This document shows, in pieces, positions 16,959-25,124 of a stretch of 32,000 nt of DNA (its first letter is position 1; each line of letters opens with the position of its first letter). The translations under genes were made by a program, and so were the position numbers. The notes under the pieces were generated by a model that had not been told where the DNA came from, searched no databases, and saw nothing but the letters and a program-made list of their open reading frames with translations. The stretch lies in assembly GCF_008000775.2 (NCBI RefSeq), contig NZ_CP042905.2:240001-272000 (forward strand). Reading direction: 5' to 3'. This stretch comes from Promethearchaeum syntrophicum. Lineage in GTDB: Archaea > Asgardarchaeota > Lokiarchaeia > Sigyniarchaeales > Promethearchaeaceae.

Positions 16959-17190
16959 CTTTGAATACCGAGATTTTTAGTTTCACTAATGAACGATTGA
17001 ACAATTATGTTTTAATATTCATTATAAGATTTTTTTTTAATAAGAATTTTAGCAATTTCTGTAGTTATTATTATGATAATTCAAAATTCGCTAAAAGAGT
17101 TATTATTAAAAACTATAGTAAAAAAGATTGCATTAAAAATGAATATTTTTATTACTCGATTTATATATTAAAATCAAGAAGTTGTTTCTT

Positions 17191-17436
17191 ATGATTAAAC
17201 AAGGATATTGTATCCGTTGTGGAGAATCCATTCCAATAGATGAAATGAATCCTTATTGTCCCTTATGTGGAGGACAATGTTCATTTTCAAATCGATATTC
17301 TTCTTCAGAAAACTCTGAAATGTTTTGTCATCTATGTGGGGAAGCAACTTATATTTCATCCACTCATCCAATATGTTCTGAATGTGAAAATAAAATTAAA
17401 AGTGAAAAAAATGGAAATAAAAAAAAAAAGTTTTGA
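17191..17436 (+). CDS. Small double zinc-ribbon protein with lysine-rich tail
   Basis: CIRCG..(14)..CPLCG and CHLCG..(12)..CSEC. ATG at 17191; the track starts at an upstream TTG at 17182. Confidence 0.5.
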   Translation: MIKQGYCIRCGESIPIDEMNPYCPLCGGQCSFSNRYSSSENSEMFCHLCGEATYISSTHPICSECENKIKSEKNGNKKKKF

Positions 17437-17842
17437 TGAATTTAGTGTCGGTGATTCGGAATCTATTTCAAAAACGATCACAAATAATGATGTAATGGCT
17501 TTTGCAGAATTAACCACAGATTTCAATCCACTTCATGTAAATGAAGAGTACGCGAAGAAATCTATGTTTAAAAATCGAATAGCTCATGGAATGCTTAGTG
17601 GGGGGCTTATCTCAGCAGTTATTGGTATGAAAATGCCAGGCCCAGGTGCGTTATATTTGGACCAATATGTTAAATTTAAAAAACCAGTATTTATTGGAGA
17701 AACCTTAACTGCAACTGCAATAGTTAAAGAAAAATTGGTTAAAAAAGATGGCAAAATGAAACTATTAATTTTAACAACAAATGTAACCAACCAAGATGAT
17801 ATAATTGTTACTGAAGGGCAAGCAACGATTATGCTAACATGA
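17411..17842 (+). CDS. MaoC-like (R)-specific enoyl-CoA hydratase / hot-dog fold dehydratase
   Basis: FAELTTDFNPLHVNEEYAKKSMFKNRIAHGML is the MaoC hydratase motif. The likely start is MEIKKKSFDEF at 17411. The track ORF from 17267 adds an implausible 48-aa leader that overlaps the zinc-ribbon gene. Confidence 0.8.
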   Translation: MEIKKKSFDEFSVGDSESISKTITNNDVMAFAELTTDFNPLHVNEEYAKKSMFKNRIAHGMLSGGLISAVIGMKMPGPGALYLDQYVKFKKPVFIGETLTATAIVKEKLVKKDGKMKLLILTTNVTNQDDIIVTEGQATIMLT

Positions 17843-19126
17843 TTAATTTGGTTTCATTATTTTTTTCCCATTCATATATGGAATTAGGACTTCTGGAATT
17901 TTAATGGTTCCATCTGCTTGCTGATAATTTTCCAAAATACAACAAATTGTTCTTTGATTTGCGATTGCTGTGCTGTTTAGGGTATGGAGGGTCTGAAAGG
18001 ATGATTTATCACCAGGAATACCACTTCTAATATTTAATTTCCTCGCTTGATAATCAGTACAATTACTACAAGATACTAATTCTCGATAAGTTTTACTTGC
18101 AGGAAAATATCCTTCTAAGTCATATTTTTTTGCTGCATTATCATTTAATTCTCCACTTGCAATAGAAACAACTCGATATGGGATTTTGAGGTTTTCATAT
18201 ATTTTTTCAGCATTTGAAATAAGTTCTTCTTGAAGATCATTTGAATCTTCGGGTTTGCAGAAAATAAATTGTTCTATTTTTTCAAATCTATGGACCCGAA
18301 ATATTCCTAGAGTATCTTTTCCATGGGAACCAGCTTCCCGACGGAAACATGATGAGATCCCACAATATCTTCGAGGGAGTGTTTTTTCATCAATAACTTC
18401 TTTTCTATGAAGGGCTGCAAGAGTTTGTTCACTTGTCGCTATTAAATATAGATCTTCACCTTCAATTTTATAAAGTTGCTCCTCAAAATCTGCTAATTCA
18501 GCAGCCTCAGCCATGACCTCATGTTTCATAAAATATGGTGTCCAAAATGGGGTAAATCCTTTATCCGTTAAAAAATCTAAAGCATATTGAAGTAAAGCTA
18601 AATTTAATTTAACTAAATCTCCTTTAAGATAATAAAATCTAGACCCTGCTATTTTTGTTGCTTTCTCAATTTCAGCCCCATCAATCATTGAGACTAAATC
18701 AACATGATTATGAACCTCAAACTTAAATTTAGGAATATCACCTAAGGTTCGGAGTGTTTTATCGCCTTCTTCATTTTCCGCTATCGGTACATCAGATATC
18801 AATATATTTCCAACTTTATGCCTATAGAAATCACGCTTTTTAAGATATTCTTCCACTAAAGGCTCAGTTTCTTGAATTTTTTCTTTAATTTTTGCAGATT
18901 TTTTTTTTACTTTAGCGATTTTCTCGGGTCCTTCCTTAGCTACGGTTTTAAATGAACGTGAAACTTTATTACGTTCTGCACGTAAATCTTGAAGATCTTG
19001 TAATGCTTTTCTCCATTTAGTATCAAATTCAATTACTTTATCTACATTTTGTGTTTCTCGGAATCTTTTTCTTTCTGATTCTCGTATAATATCTGGATTC
19101 TCGCGAAATAACTTAATATCTAACAT
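17843..19126 (-). CDS. serS: Seryl-tRNA synthetase
   Basis: 427 aa. N-terminal coiled-coil arm MLDIKLFRENPD..., and class II motifs (FRRE.., TLNSTAIA..R). Its stop abuts the MaoC stop with zero spacer. Confidence 0.95.
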   Translation of the reverse strand: MLDIKLFRENPDIIRESERKRFRETQNVDKVIEFDTKWRKALQDLQDLRAERNKVSRSFKTVAKEGPEKIAKVKKKSAKIKEKIQETEPLVEEYLKKRDFYRHKVGNILISDVPIAENEEGDKTLRTLGDIPKFKFEVHNHVDLVSMIDGAEIEKATKIAGSRFYYLKGDLVKLNLALLQYALDFLTDKGFTPFWTPYFMKHEVMAEAAELADFEEQLYKIEGEDLYLIATSEQTLAALHRKEVIDEKTLPRRYCGISSCFRREAGSHGKDTLGIFRVHRFEKIEQFIFCKPEDSNDLQEELISNAEKIYENLKIPYRVVSIASGELNDNAAKKYDLEGYFPASKTYRELVSCSNCTDYQARKLNIRSGIPGDKSSFQTLHTLNSTAIANQRTICCILENYQQADGTIKIPEVLIPYMNGKKIMKPN

Positions 19127-19183
19127 TTTTTTTCTCCTTAGATATCTAATTAAATATCGATTTTTAGATTATTGATAGAAGAA

Positions 19184-20674
19184 TTAGTTTATAATTGTTC
19201 CTTCCACTAATCGATCACTAATGACCGAAGAAATCTGAACGTCATAAAAATTTCCTATATATTTAGCCGCATTTTTAACGGTAATTTTAGGCCCTCCTTC
19301 TAAAATCCAACCAATTGCATCCTTCGGGTTTAACATATTTGCTTCCGATAAGAAAACTTTTACAATTTTCCCAAGCATTTTCTGCTTTTGTGAACGGTTG
19401 TAATTTATTACGAAACGTTTGATTTTGTTGAAATTTTTGATTGTTTTTTTGTTAAAATGAATTAAACTTCGGGATATTTGATAAAAGGGAGATCCTGGTA
19501 ATTCTTGATACTTATATATAGTAATTTTATCTATTCCAAGGTTTGAAAATTTATTCAACAATTCTAATGTTTCCTTGGTATATTTTTCATTATCTCCTGG
19601 CAATGAATGAATAAAATATACATGAATTCGAATTCCTCTTTCAATTGCTCGAGATACTGCATCAAAAGTCTGGTCAGGGGATCCAGGTCTTCCTAATAAA
19701 TTACTAAATTCTTTAGACCCGGTTTCACATCCTATGGAAAAAATGGCTTTTGGAATTTTTGCGATGATATCTAATGCTCGATTGGTACATAGTGATGCTT
19801 TGACATTTTCAATAAATAATTGAACTTCATGATTCTTTATTTTATCCATAGATACCAATTGGTTGATGAACAGTTCTAAAGATTCATAATTCGGTTCTGG
19901 AAAAGAAGGATTTATTAACGAACCTGGAATTAAATCTTCTCTATGAAAATCAAGAAAACCAGGTCCTCCTAAAACTATTCTAGTAACCCCCATTTCAATT
20001 AATGTTTTTATTTCTGTAATAAGGGTGGAAATATCTCGTGATTTTGGATGTCCAAATTCATTAATTGTAGAGCAAAAACCACATCCCGGGGGAATTTGAA
20101 TCGGACAATTCATTTGCGTTTTAAAATTCTCTTTTCTACATATGTTACATTGATTATTCATACACAATTCAGTATCTTTTATTTTTAATCCAGTCCTTCG
20201 AAAATTTGAGCACCCTCGTAATGTTTCTACGAATATTCTTGCAGTTTTATAATCTTTGTAACTTTTCAATTTATGGGGAAATCCAGAGGTGGTTGCGAAC
20301 CATTTGTTTTCTGTCGGTGAAATTTTTGGATTACTCGAAATTTTATTCAATTGTTTAAATGAAGCCCCAGGGATTGATGAAAACAAATCAAATTTCCATT
20401 TCGGATCCTTTGAAGCCTTTAAATTTTGTTTGATAATTGATAGATTTTTTTGAAACAGTGCTACTAAGGCAAATTCGCCTACCCCATTAATTGATAAATC
20501 AACATTTTTCATCTTATATAATAAATTATCATCAGATGTAATAGGACCGCCAATAATTGCCAACCGATTTGAAGGATTAGGGTGAAATTCAGACCAAATA
20601 TTAAAAATTCTTTGAGTTATTCGGAGATCCATTGTCATAGAAGAAATGCATATGATGGGAAAACGTTTTAACAT
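19184..20674 (-). CDS. Radical SAM domain protein with N-terminal B12-binding-like domain, Cys-rich insert and C-terminal TRAM/OB-like domain
   Basis: ETLRGCSNF...CNICRK...GCGFCS cysteine cluster, TIM-barrel-like core, and a C-terminal KIVKVFLSE...VEGTIIN. Coordinates run from the first ATG, but the reading frame stays open and protein-like for 64 more codons upstream, to 20866 (see finding). Confidence 0.65.
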   Translation of the reverse strand: MLKRFPIICISSMTMDLRITQRIFNIWSEFHPNPSNRLAIIGGPITSDDNLLYKMKNVDLSINGVGEFALVALFQKNLSIIKQNLKASKDPKWKFDLFSSIPGASFKQLNKISSNPKISPTENKWFATTSGFPHKLKSYKDYKTARIFVETLRGCSNFRRTGLKIKDTELCMNNQCNICRKENFKTQMNCPIQIPPGCGFCSTINEFGHPKSRDISTLITEIKTLIEMGVTRIVLGGPGFLDFHREDLIPGSLINPSFPEPNYESLELFINQLVSMDKIKNHEVQLFIENVKASLCTNRALDIIAKIPKAIFSIGCETGSKEFSNLLGRPGSPDQTFDAVSRAIERGIRIHVYFIHSLPGDNEKYTKETLELLNKFSNLGIDKITIYKYQELPGSPFYQISRSLIHFNKKTIKNFNKIKRFVINYNRSQKQKMLGKIVKVFLSEANMLNPKDAIGWILEGGPKITVKNAAKYIGNFYDVQISSVISDRLVEGTIIN

Positions 20675-20936
20675 TTCAATTTTTTCGGAAATAATTGTTT
20701 CTCCACGAATTAACGTGGTTTTTACTTCACCTTTAGATATTTTTTCTATAAAACCAGCAACGAATCTTGGACCGGCTCCAATAAAATCTCTAGTAAAAAT
20801 TCTTTTTCCTTCCCCAACTGTTAGACAATCTACTACTAATAATTCGATTCTTCTCCCTCCTATTCCCTATACTGTAGAATATTTATCAATAATATATAAA
20901 CAACATTATTATATAAACTACAGATTTAATCTTCAT

Positions 20937-21698
20937 GTGTCATTATCACCCGAATGGCGATCAGATCTTCTTATTATGTTATGCACAGCTACTTATACAA
21001 TTTTATCTATTCTTATCCCTAAATTTTTAAAAGAAAGAGAAATTATTACCAAATTTACTGCCCGAAAATTAATTCATAGTTTCTCAGGTTTAGCAGTTCT
21101 GGTTGCTCCTTATCTTTATTATCCCTTTTTAGCGGTGATTTTTGCCCTTCTAATGACTGCATTTATGCGGTTTAGTGGGAAGAAGAGTAAAACTAAACCT
21201 TTAAAACAATTATTTGATGCTATTGGAGAAGATGAAGAACTTCAATTAGGGTATTTACAAGGTCCTTTTTCATATTGCTTAGCAATTACAATTCTAACAA
21301 TGATTTTTGCTTTCTTTCAAGATAAATTTTCTATCCCAATTTCAGCGATTCTTATTATGATGTATGCAGATGTTTTGGCTGCTTACGTTGGACGGAGATA
21401 TGGAAAACACCATATTTACATTCCAGGAATTGGAAACAAACGGACTCTTGAAGGATCCTTGACATTCTTAGTTTCTTCATTATTACTTAGTATTTTAACG
21501 TTTTTCTTTTATGGCCAAATTTTGCCAGGATATTCCATAATTCTATCTACAGGAAATGTTTTTCTTTTAAGTATTTTAATCAGCTTCATATCAACAATCT
21601 TAGAATTGTTTAGCCCCTCTAAATATGACGATCTTATAGTTCCACTTGGTTCTACATTAATTGTATCTGTATTTGCAATATTAATGAACGTTTGGTAG
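20937..21698 (+). CDS. Polyprenol/dolichol kinase-like membrane protein (CTP-dependent, COG0170/SEC59-type)
   Basis: RKLIHSFSG, DVLAAYVGRRYGK and GNKRTLEGSL motifs plus about 6 TM segments. I place the start at GTG 20937 (alternative ATG 20976). The track ORF from 20646 is antisense to the radical SAM N-terminus. Confidence 0.6.
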   Translation: MSLSPEWRSDLLIMLCTATYTILSILIPKFLKEREIITKFTARKLIHSFSGLAVLVAPYLYYPFLAVIFALLMTAFMRFSGKKSKTKPLKQLFDAIGEDEELQLGYLQGPFSYCLAITILTMIFAFFQDKFSIPISAILIMMYADVLAAYVGRRYGKHHIYIPGIGNKRTLEGSLTFLVSSLLLSILTFFFYGQILPGYSIILSTGNVFLLSILISFISTILELFSPSKYDDLIVPLGSTLIVSVFAILMNVW

Positions 21699-21705
21699 AA
21701 GTCTT

Positions 21706-22611
21706 ATGGCTAAAATAAAACTTAAAAACTACTTAGAAATAATGCGACCAATCAATTGTGTTATGGGAGGATTTACTGTATTTATTGGATTGCTAATTTC
21801 TCACCCTGAACCAGATTTTCTATCATTTATTCAGAATTCTGTAAATATTTTCTTAATTATTGCAGGATTTCTAATCTTTTTTTTAGTAGCTGGAGGGACC
21901 AACGCAATAAATGATTATTTTGATTATGAAATCGATAAGATTAACCGCCCAAATCGTCCAATTCCACGAGGAGATATCACTCTAAAACAATCCCTCCAAT
22001 ATTATGTTTTTTTAAATGTCATAGCATTGATTTTAGCTATAATTATTGGATTTATAACTGTTAATGGGATTTTAATCCCTTTAATTGTTTTATTCTTTCA
22101 ATTTATCGGTTATTTGTATGCCTGGAAAGCAAAAGCATCTGGATTGCCTGGAAATATTATTGTTGGGGTTACTAGTGCAGTAGGATTTCCTTTTGCAGCA
22201 CTTTTTATCAATAAAATTCAAGAAATTCCTTCATTAATTTGGGCTATTTATATTGCTGCATCAATTTTTCAAACTTCGCGTGAATTTGTTAAGGGAATGC
22301 AAGATGTTGAAGGAGATAAGAAGTTTAAAATTAAAACTATTGCAAATTTACATGGATATAAGACCGCAACCATTTTTATGGTGACTTTTTCTTCTATTGG
22401 GGCGATTCTGTTCACATTAATGATTTTTTTCTTCGGATTAAATATTTTTCATATTATTTTCATTATTATTGCAGATGCTATTGTGGTTACTTTAAATATC
22501 CTCCTAATTTCCAATCCTATTGATCCAAAGAAGCAAAAAATATCAAGTCTTTTAATAAAAATTGCAGGAGCTATACTAATTCTTGCTTTTCTCTTCGGAT
22601 ATTTTCTTTAA
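21706..22611 (+). CDS. UbiA-family prenyltransferase, digeranylgeranylglyceryl phosphate (DGGGP) synthase-like
   Basis: NAINDYFDYEIDKINRPNRPIPRG is the first Asp-rich motif typical of archaeal DGGGPS. There is a second motif region around KGMQDVEGDKK and about 8 TM segments. Confidence 0.8.
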   Translation: MAKIKLKNYLEIMRPINCVMGGFTVFIGLLISHPEPDFLSFIQNSVNIFLIIAGFLIFFLVAGGTNAINDYFDYEIDKINRPNRPIPRGDITLKQSLQYYVFLNVIALILAIIIGFITVNGILIPLIVLFFQFIGYLYAWKAKASGLPGNIIVGVTSAVGFPFAALFINKIQEIPSLIWAIYIAASIFQTSREFVKGMQDVEGDKKFKIKTIANLHGYKTATIFMVTFSSIGAILFTLMIFFFGLNIFHIIFIIIADAIVVTLNILLISNPIDPKKQKISSLLIKIAGAILILAFLFGYFL

Positions 22612-22688
22612 GAAATTTTTTTTTAGAGGAAAATTTTTAATTTTTCATGACTTAGACTTCCATACTAATTAGTAATTTGGCGAAAAAT

Positions 22689-23495
22689 ATGACAGATGAA
22701 GAATCAAAAAATGTAAACGAAACTAAGCCAGAATCGGAAATTAAGAAAGAATCTGAAGCAAAAGAAGAAGTAAAAGTCGATGATGAAAAAACCGAGGGAG
22801 AAGAAAAAAAGAAATATATTTTCAATTGCACAAAATGTGGTAACTGCTGTGCAAATCGCGGTCCTATCCCATTAGTAATGGATGACTTGATAATGTGGGC
22901 TAAAAACAACGTGGTTGCGAATATGATGCCCTATCTCCAATTCATTAAAACTCCATACGGCACAATCGATTTGGTAATGGCTCGAACAAACAAAAATCCT
23001 TATGATTTTTTGCAGAAAAAAGAAAAGGAAGATGAGGACGAAGAAGAAGAACCAAAGGATATTTCTTGCCCTATGTATAATAAAGAAACAAAAGAATGCT
23101 TGATTTATGATAACCGGCCCTTAAGTTGTCAAACTTATCCTCTAGAATTTGATGGACAAAAATATATGGTTGTGGATACGGAAGATTGTGAAGGAATTGG
23201 AAATGGAGAAACAACCAATGAAGAAAGAAAAGAAATGCGGGACTTAGCTAAATCAATGAATATTAAATTAACTGAAATGAGAATTGCAATGCCTATTTTA
23301 GCTCAAGCTTTTCAACCATTCGTTTTAAATGAAATTATGGATGCTCAAAGAAGATATATGGAAGCAATGGAAAAAATGTCTCCTGAAGAAAGGGAAAAAG
23401 TTGAACAACAAATGAAAGACCGAATGGAACAAGATCAAGACGGTTCAAAGGTTGATGTAGATAATCCAACCGAAGATACAGATGCAACCAAATAA
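22689..23495 (+). CDS. YkgJ/UPF0153-type CxxCxxCC cysteine-cluster (Fe-S/Zn) protein with acidic extensions
   Basis: FNCTKCGNCCANRGPIPL and CPMYNKETKECLIYDNRPLSCQTYP match the family. ATG at 22689; the track uses TTG at 22677. Confidence 0.6.
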   Translation: MTDEESKNVNETKPESEIKKESEAKEEVKVDDEKTEGEEKKKYIFNCTKCGNCCANRGPIPLVMDDLIMWAKNNVVANMMPYLQFIKTPYGTIDLVMARTNKNPYDFLQKKEKEDEDEEEEPKDISCPMYNKETKECLIYDNRPLSCQTYPLEFDGQKYMVVDTEDCEGIGNGETTNEERKEMRDLAKSMNIKLTEMRIAMPILAQAFQPFVLNEIMDAQRRYMEAMEKMSPEEREKVEQQMKDRMEQDQDGSKVDVDNPTEDTDATK

Positions 23496-23521
23496 ATTCT
23501 TCTTATTATATTTTTTTTATT

Positions 23522-24616
23522 TTATTCTTTAATAATCTTGGAAGCCGCTCTGCGTAATCTATTCATGACAGCTAATCCAATTTTTTTATCTGATATTCCT
23601 TCAACAATAACTAAATCAATTTTTTGGTTATCCACCGCTCTTAAGGTAGAAAATAAACCCTCTGCAATTTTATCAGCATTAATTGAATTATCTGAATCAG
23701 TTTTTGAGTCTAATGACCCCAAATATATTATTTTACAATTAGGATCATCTAATATCTCACTGGAAATTTGAATATTTTTATGTGTATGAATTATTCCAAT
23801 AATTATTCTTTGTAAACGATATTCCGAATACAGTGAAACAATCTTTTCTTCAAAAAATTTTATAGATCCTTCTATTAAAACTATTTCTGCTTTGGGAGAA
23901 TAATGCTTATATTTTAATCCAGGAGATTGAGGGCTATATTCATCCAGTTTATCAATATTTTTTTCACGATACATTTCTATTTCAGGGAGATATTCTCTTA
24001 ATTTCTCAAGATTGACCCCTCCAGGTCTTAAAATAACAGAAAACCCTTTATGCACATCAATCACTGTTGATTCTACACCAACATCACAAGAACCACCATC
24101 AATTATCAATGGGATTTTTCCCTGCAAATCATCAAATACGTGCTTTGCTTGTGTGGGGCTTGGTCGCGATGATAAATTGGCACTAGGAGCTGCGATTGGA
24201 ATTCCTAAAGTTTTTATTAATGCTAAAGCAAGAGGTTGAGATGGCATTCGAACTGCAACAGTACTCAATCCAGCAGTTACAATATCAGGAATTTTATCTG
24301 ATTTATCAAATAAAATAGTTAATGGACCAGGCCAAAATCTTTCACATAATTTTCGGATTTTTTCTGGAATTGTTTTTACTATGCTTGAAAGCATTTCAAG
24401 ATCGGAAATATGAACAATCATAGGATTATCGGAAGGACGCCCCTTCGCTTTAAAAATTTTTCGAACTGCTGTTTCCGAAAACGCTGAACCTCCTAAACCA
24501 TAAACTGTTTCTGTAGGAAAAGCTACAATTTCATCGCGTTTTATTAAATCTACAGCTTCTTGTAGTTGATCTATTGAAAAATTAAGAGGATCCAATCGAA
24601 TAATTTTTGTATACAT
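23522..24616 (-). CDS. sua5: L-threonylcarbamoyladenylate synthase Sua5 (YrdC domain plus Sua5 C-terminal domain), t6A pathway
   Basis: VAFPTETVYGLGG, KGRPSDNPMIVHI, WPGPLT, SAN.S..PSPT and ESTVIDV. 364 aa, including the Sua5 domain. Confidence 0.9.
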   Translation of the reverse strand: MYTKIIRLDPLNFSIDQLQEAVDLIKRDEIVAFPTETVYGLGGSAFSETAVRKIFKAKGRPSDNPMIVHISDLEMLSSIVKTIPEKIRKLCERFWPGPLTILFDKSDKIPDIVTAGLSTVAVRMPSQPLALALIKTLGIPIAAPSANLSSRPSPTQAKHVFDDLQGKIPLIIDGGSCDVGVESTVIDVHKGFSVILRPGGVNLEKLREYLPEIEMYREKNIDKLDEYSPQSPGLKYKHYSPKAEIVLIEGSIKFFEEKIVSLYSEYRLQRIIIGIIHTHKNIQISSEILDDPNCKIIYLGSLDSKTDSDNSINADKIAEGLFSTLRAVDNQKIDLVIVEGISDKKIGLAVMNRLRRAASKIIKE

Positions 24617-24682
24617 CTATTCTCTGATCTCTAAAACATAATTAAAAAATTAAGGTTTATTTTAATGAAAATAATTGCTGAT

Positions 24683-24913
24683 TTATAGTAAATCTGAAAT
24701 TTTTTTACCTAAATCTTCAGCACTGTGCATTCTCGCATACAACATGATATTATCGAAGTGTTGGATAAGTGAAAGATTATATGCAGAAATAGAGAATTCA
24801 CTATCAGATTCTTCAATTTGATTAAAAAAATAGTTATAAATGATTTGCAATTTCTCCTTTACTATTGCTCGAGGTTTTTTATGGAATTTCGTAATTTTCT
24901 TCGTGGATTTCAT
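24683..24913 (-). CDS. Hypothetical small basic protein
   Basis: 76-aa ORF alone in its interval. Its C-terminus LGKKISDLL resembles that of ORF 29076..29507. Confidence 0.35.
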   Translation of the reverse strand: MKSTKKITKFHKKPRAIVKEKLQIIYNYFFNQIEESDSEFSISAYNLSLIQHFDNIMLYARMHSAEDLGKKISDLL

Positions 24914-25124
24914 CTGTTTTCCTTTGTTTTTTTTTAGAAAATCTATTAATTTTTTTAGGTTTTAAAGTTGGTTTTTGATAATAATTGATTAAATCCATGA
25001 ATTTTTTCTTCTTGATTAAGTCTATTATTTCCTTTCCATTAAAAAATTCGAATTTAAATAAGTTAAAAATTAAGAATTATATATCACCTTTCGTGATAGA
25101 AAAATTCAAAAAAATGATGAAATA

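Noticed and set aside
16961-17194. Track ORF 16961..17194 (+), 77 aa
   Set aside because: Non-ATG start, with an F/Y/N/I-rich low-complexity translation of AT-rich promoter DNA between divergent genes. No supporting signal.
17267-17410. 48-aa leader of track ORF 17267..17842 (+)
   Set aside because: It overlaps the zinc-ribbon ORF out of frame and reads as low-information sequence. The MaoC domain starts cleanly at Met 17411.
9121-17790. Track ORFs 9121..9402, 9285..9467, 10228..10413, 11850..12047, 13843..14052, 16571..16807, 17584..17790
   Set aside because: Each lies fully inside a confidently identified gene on the opposite strand (HAD, longin-like, MIPS, Pop5, MglA-like, MaoC). No motifs were recognised.
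20646-20936. N-terminal ~97 codons of track ORF 20646..21698 (+)
   Set aside because: This part is antisense to the protein-like N-terminal extension of the radical SAM gene and has no membrane-protein character. Kinase-like homology and the first TM segment begin only near 20937-20976.
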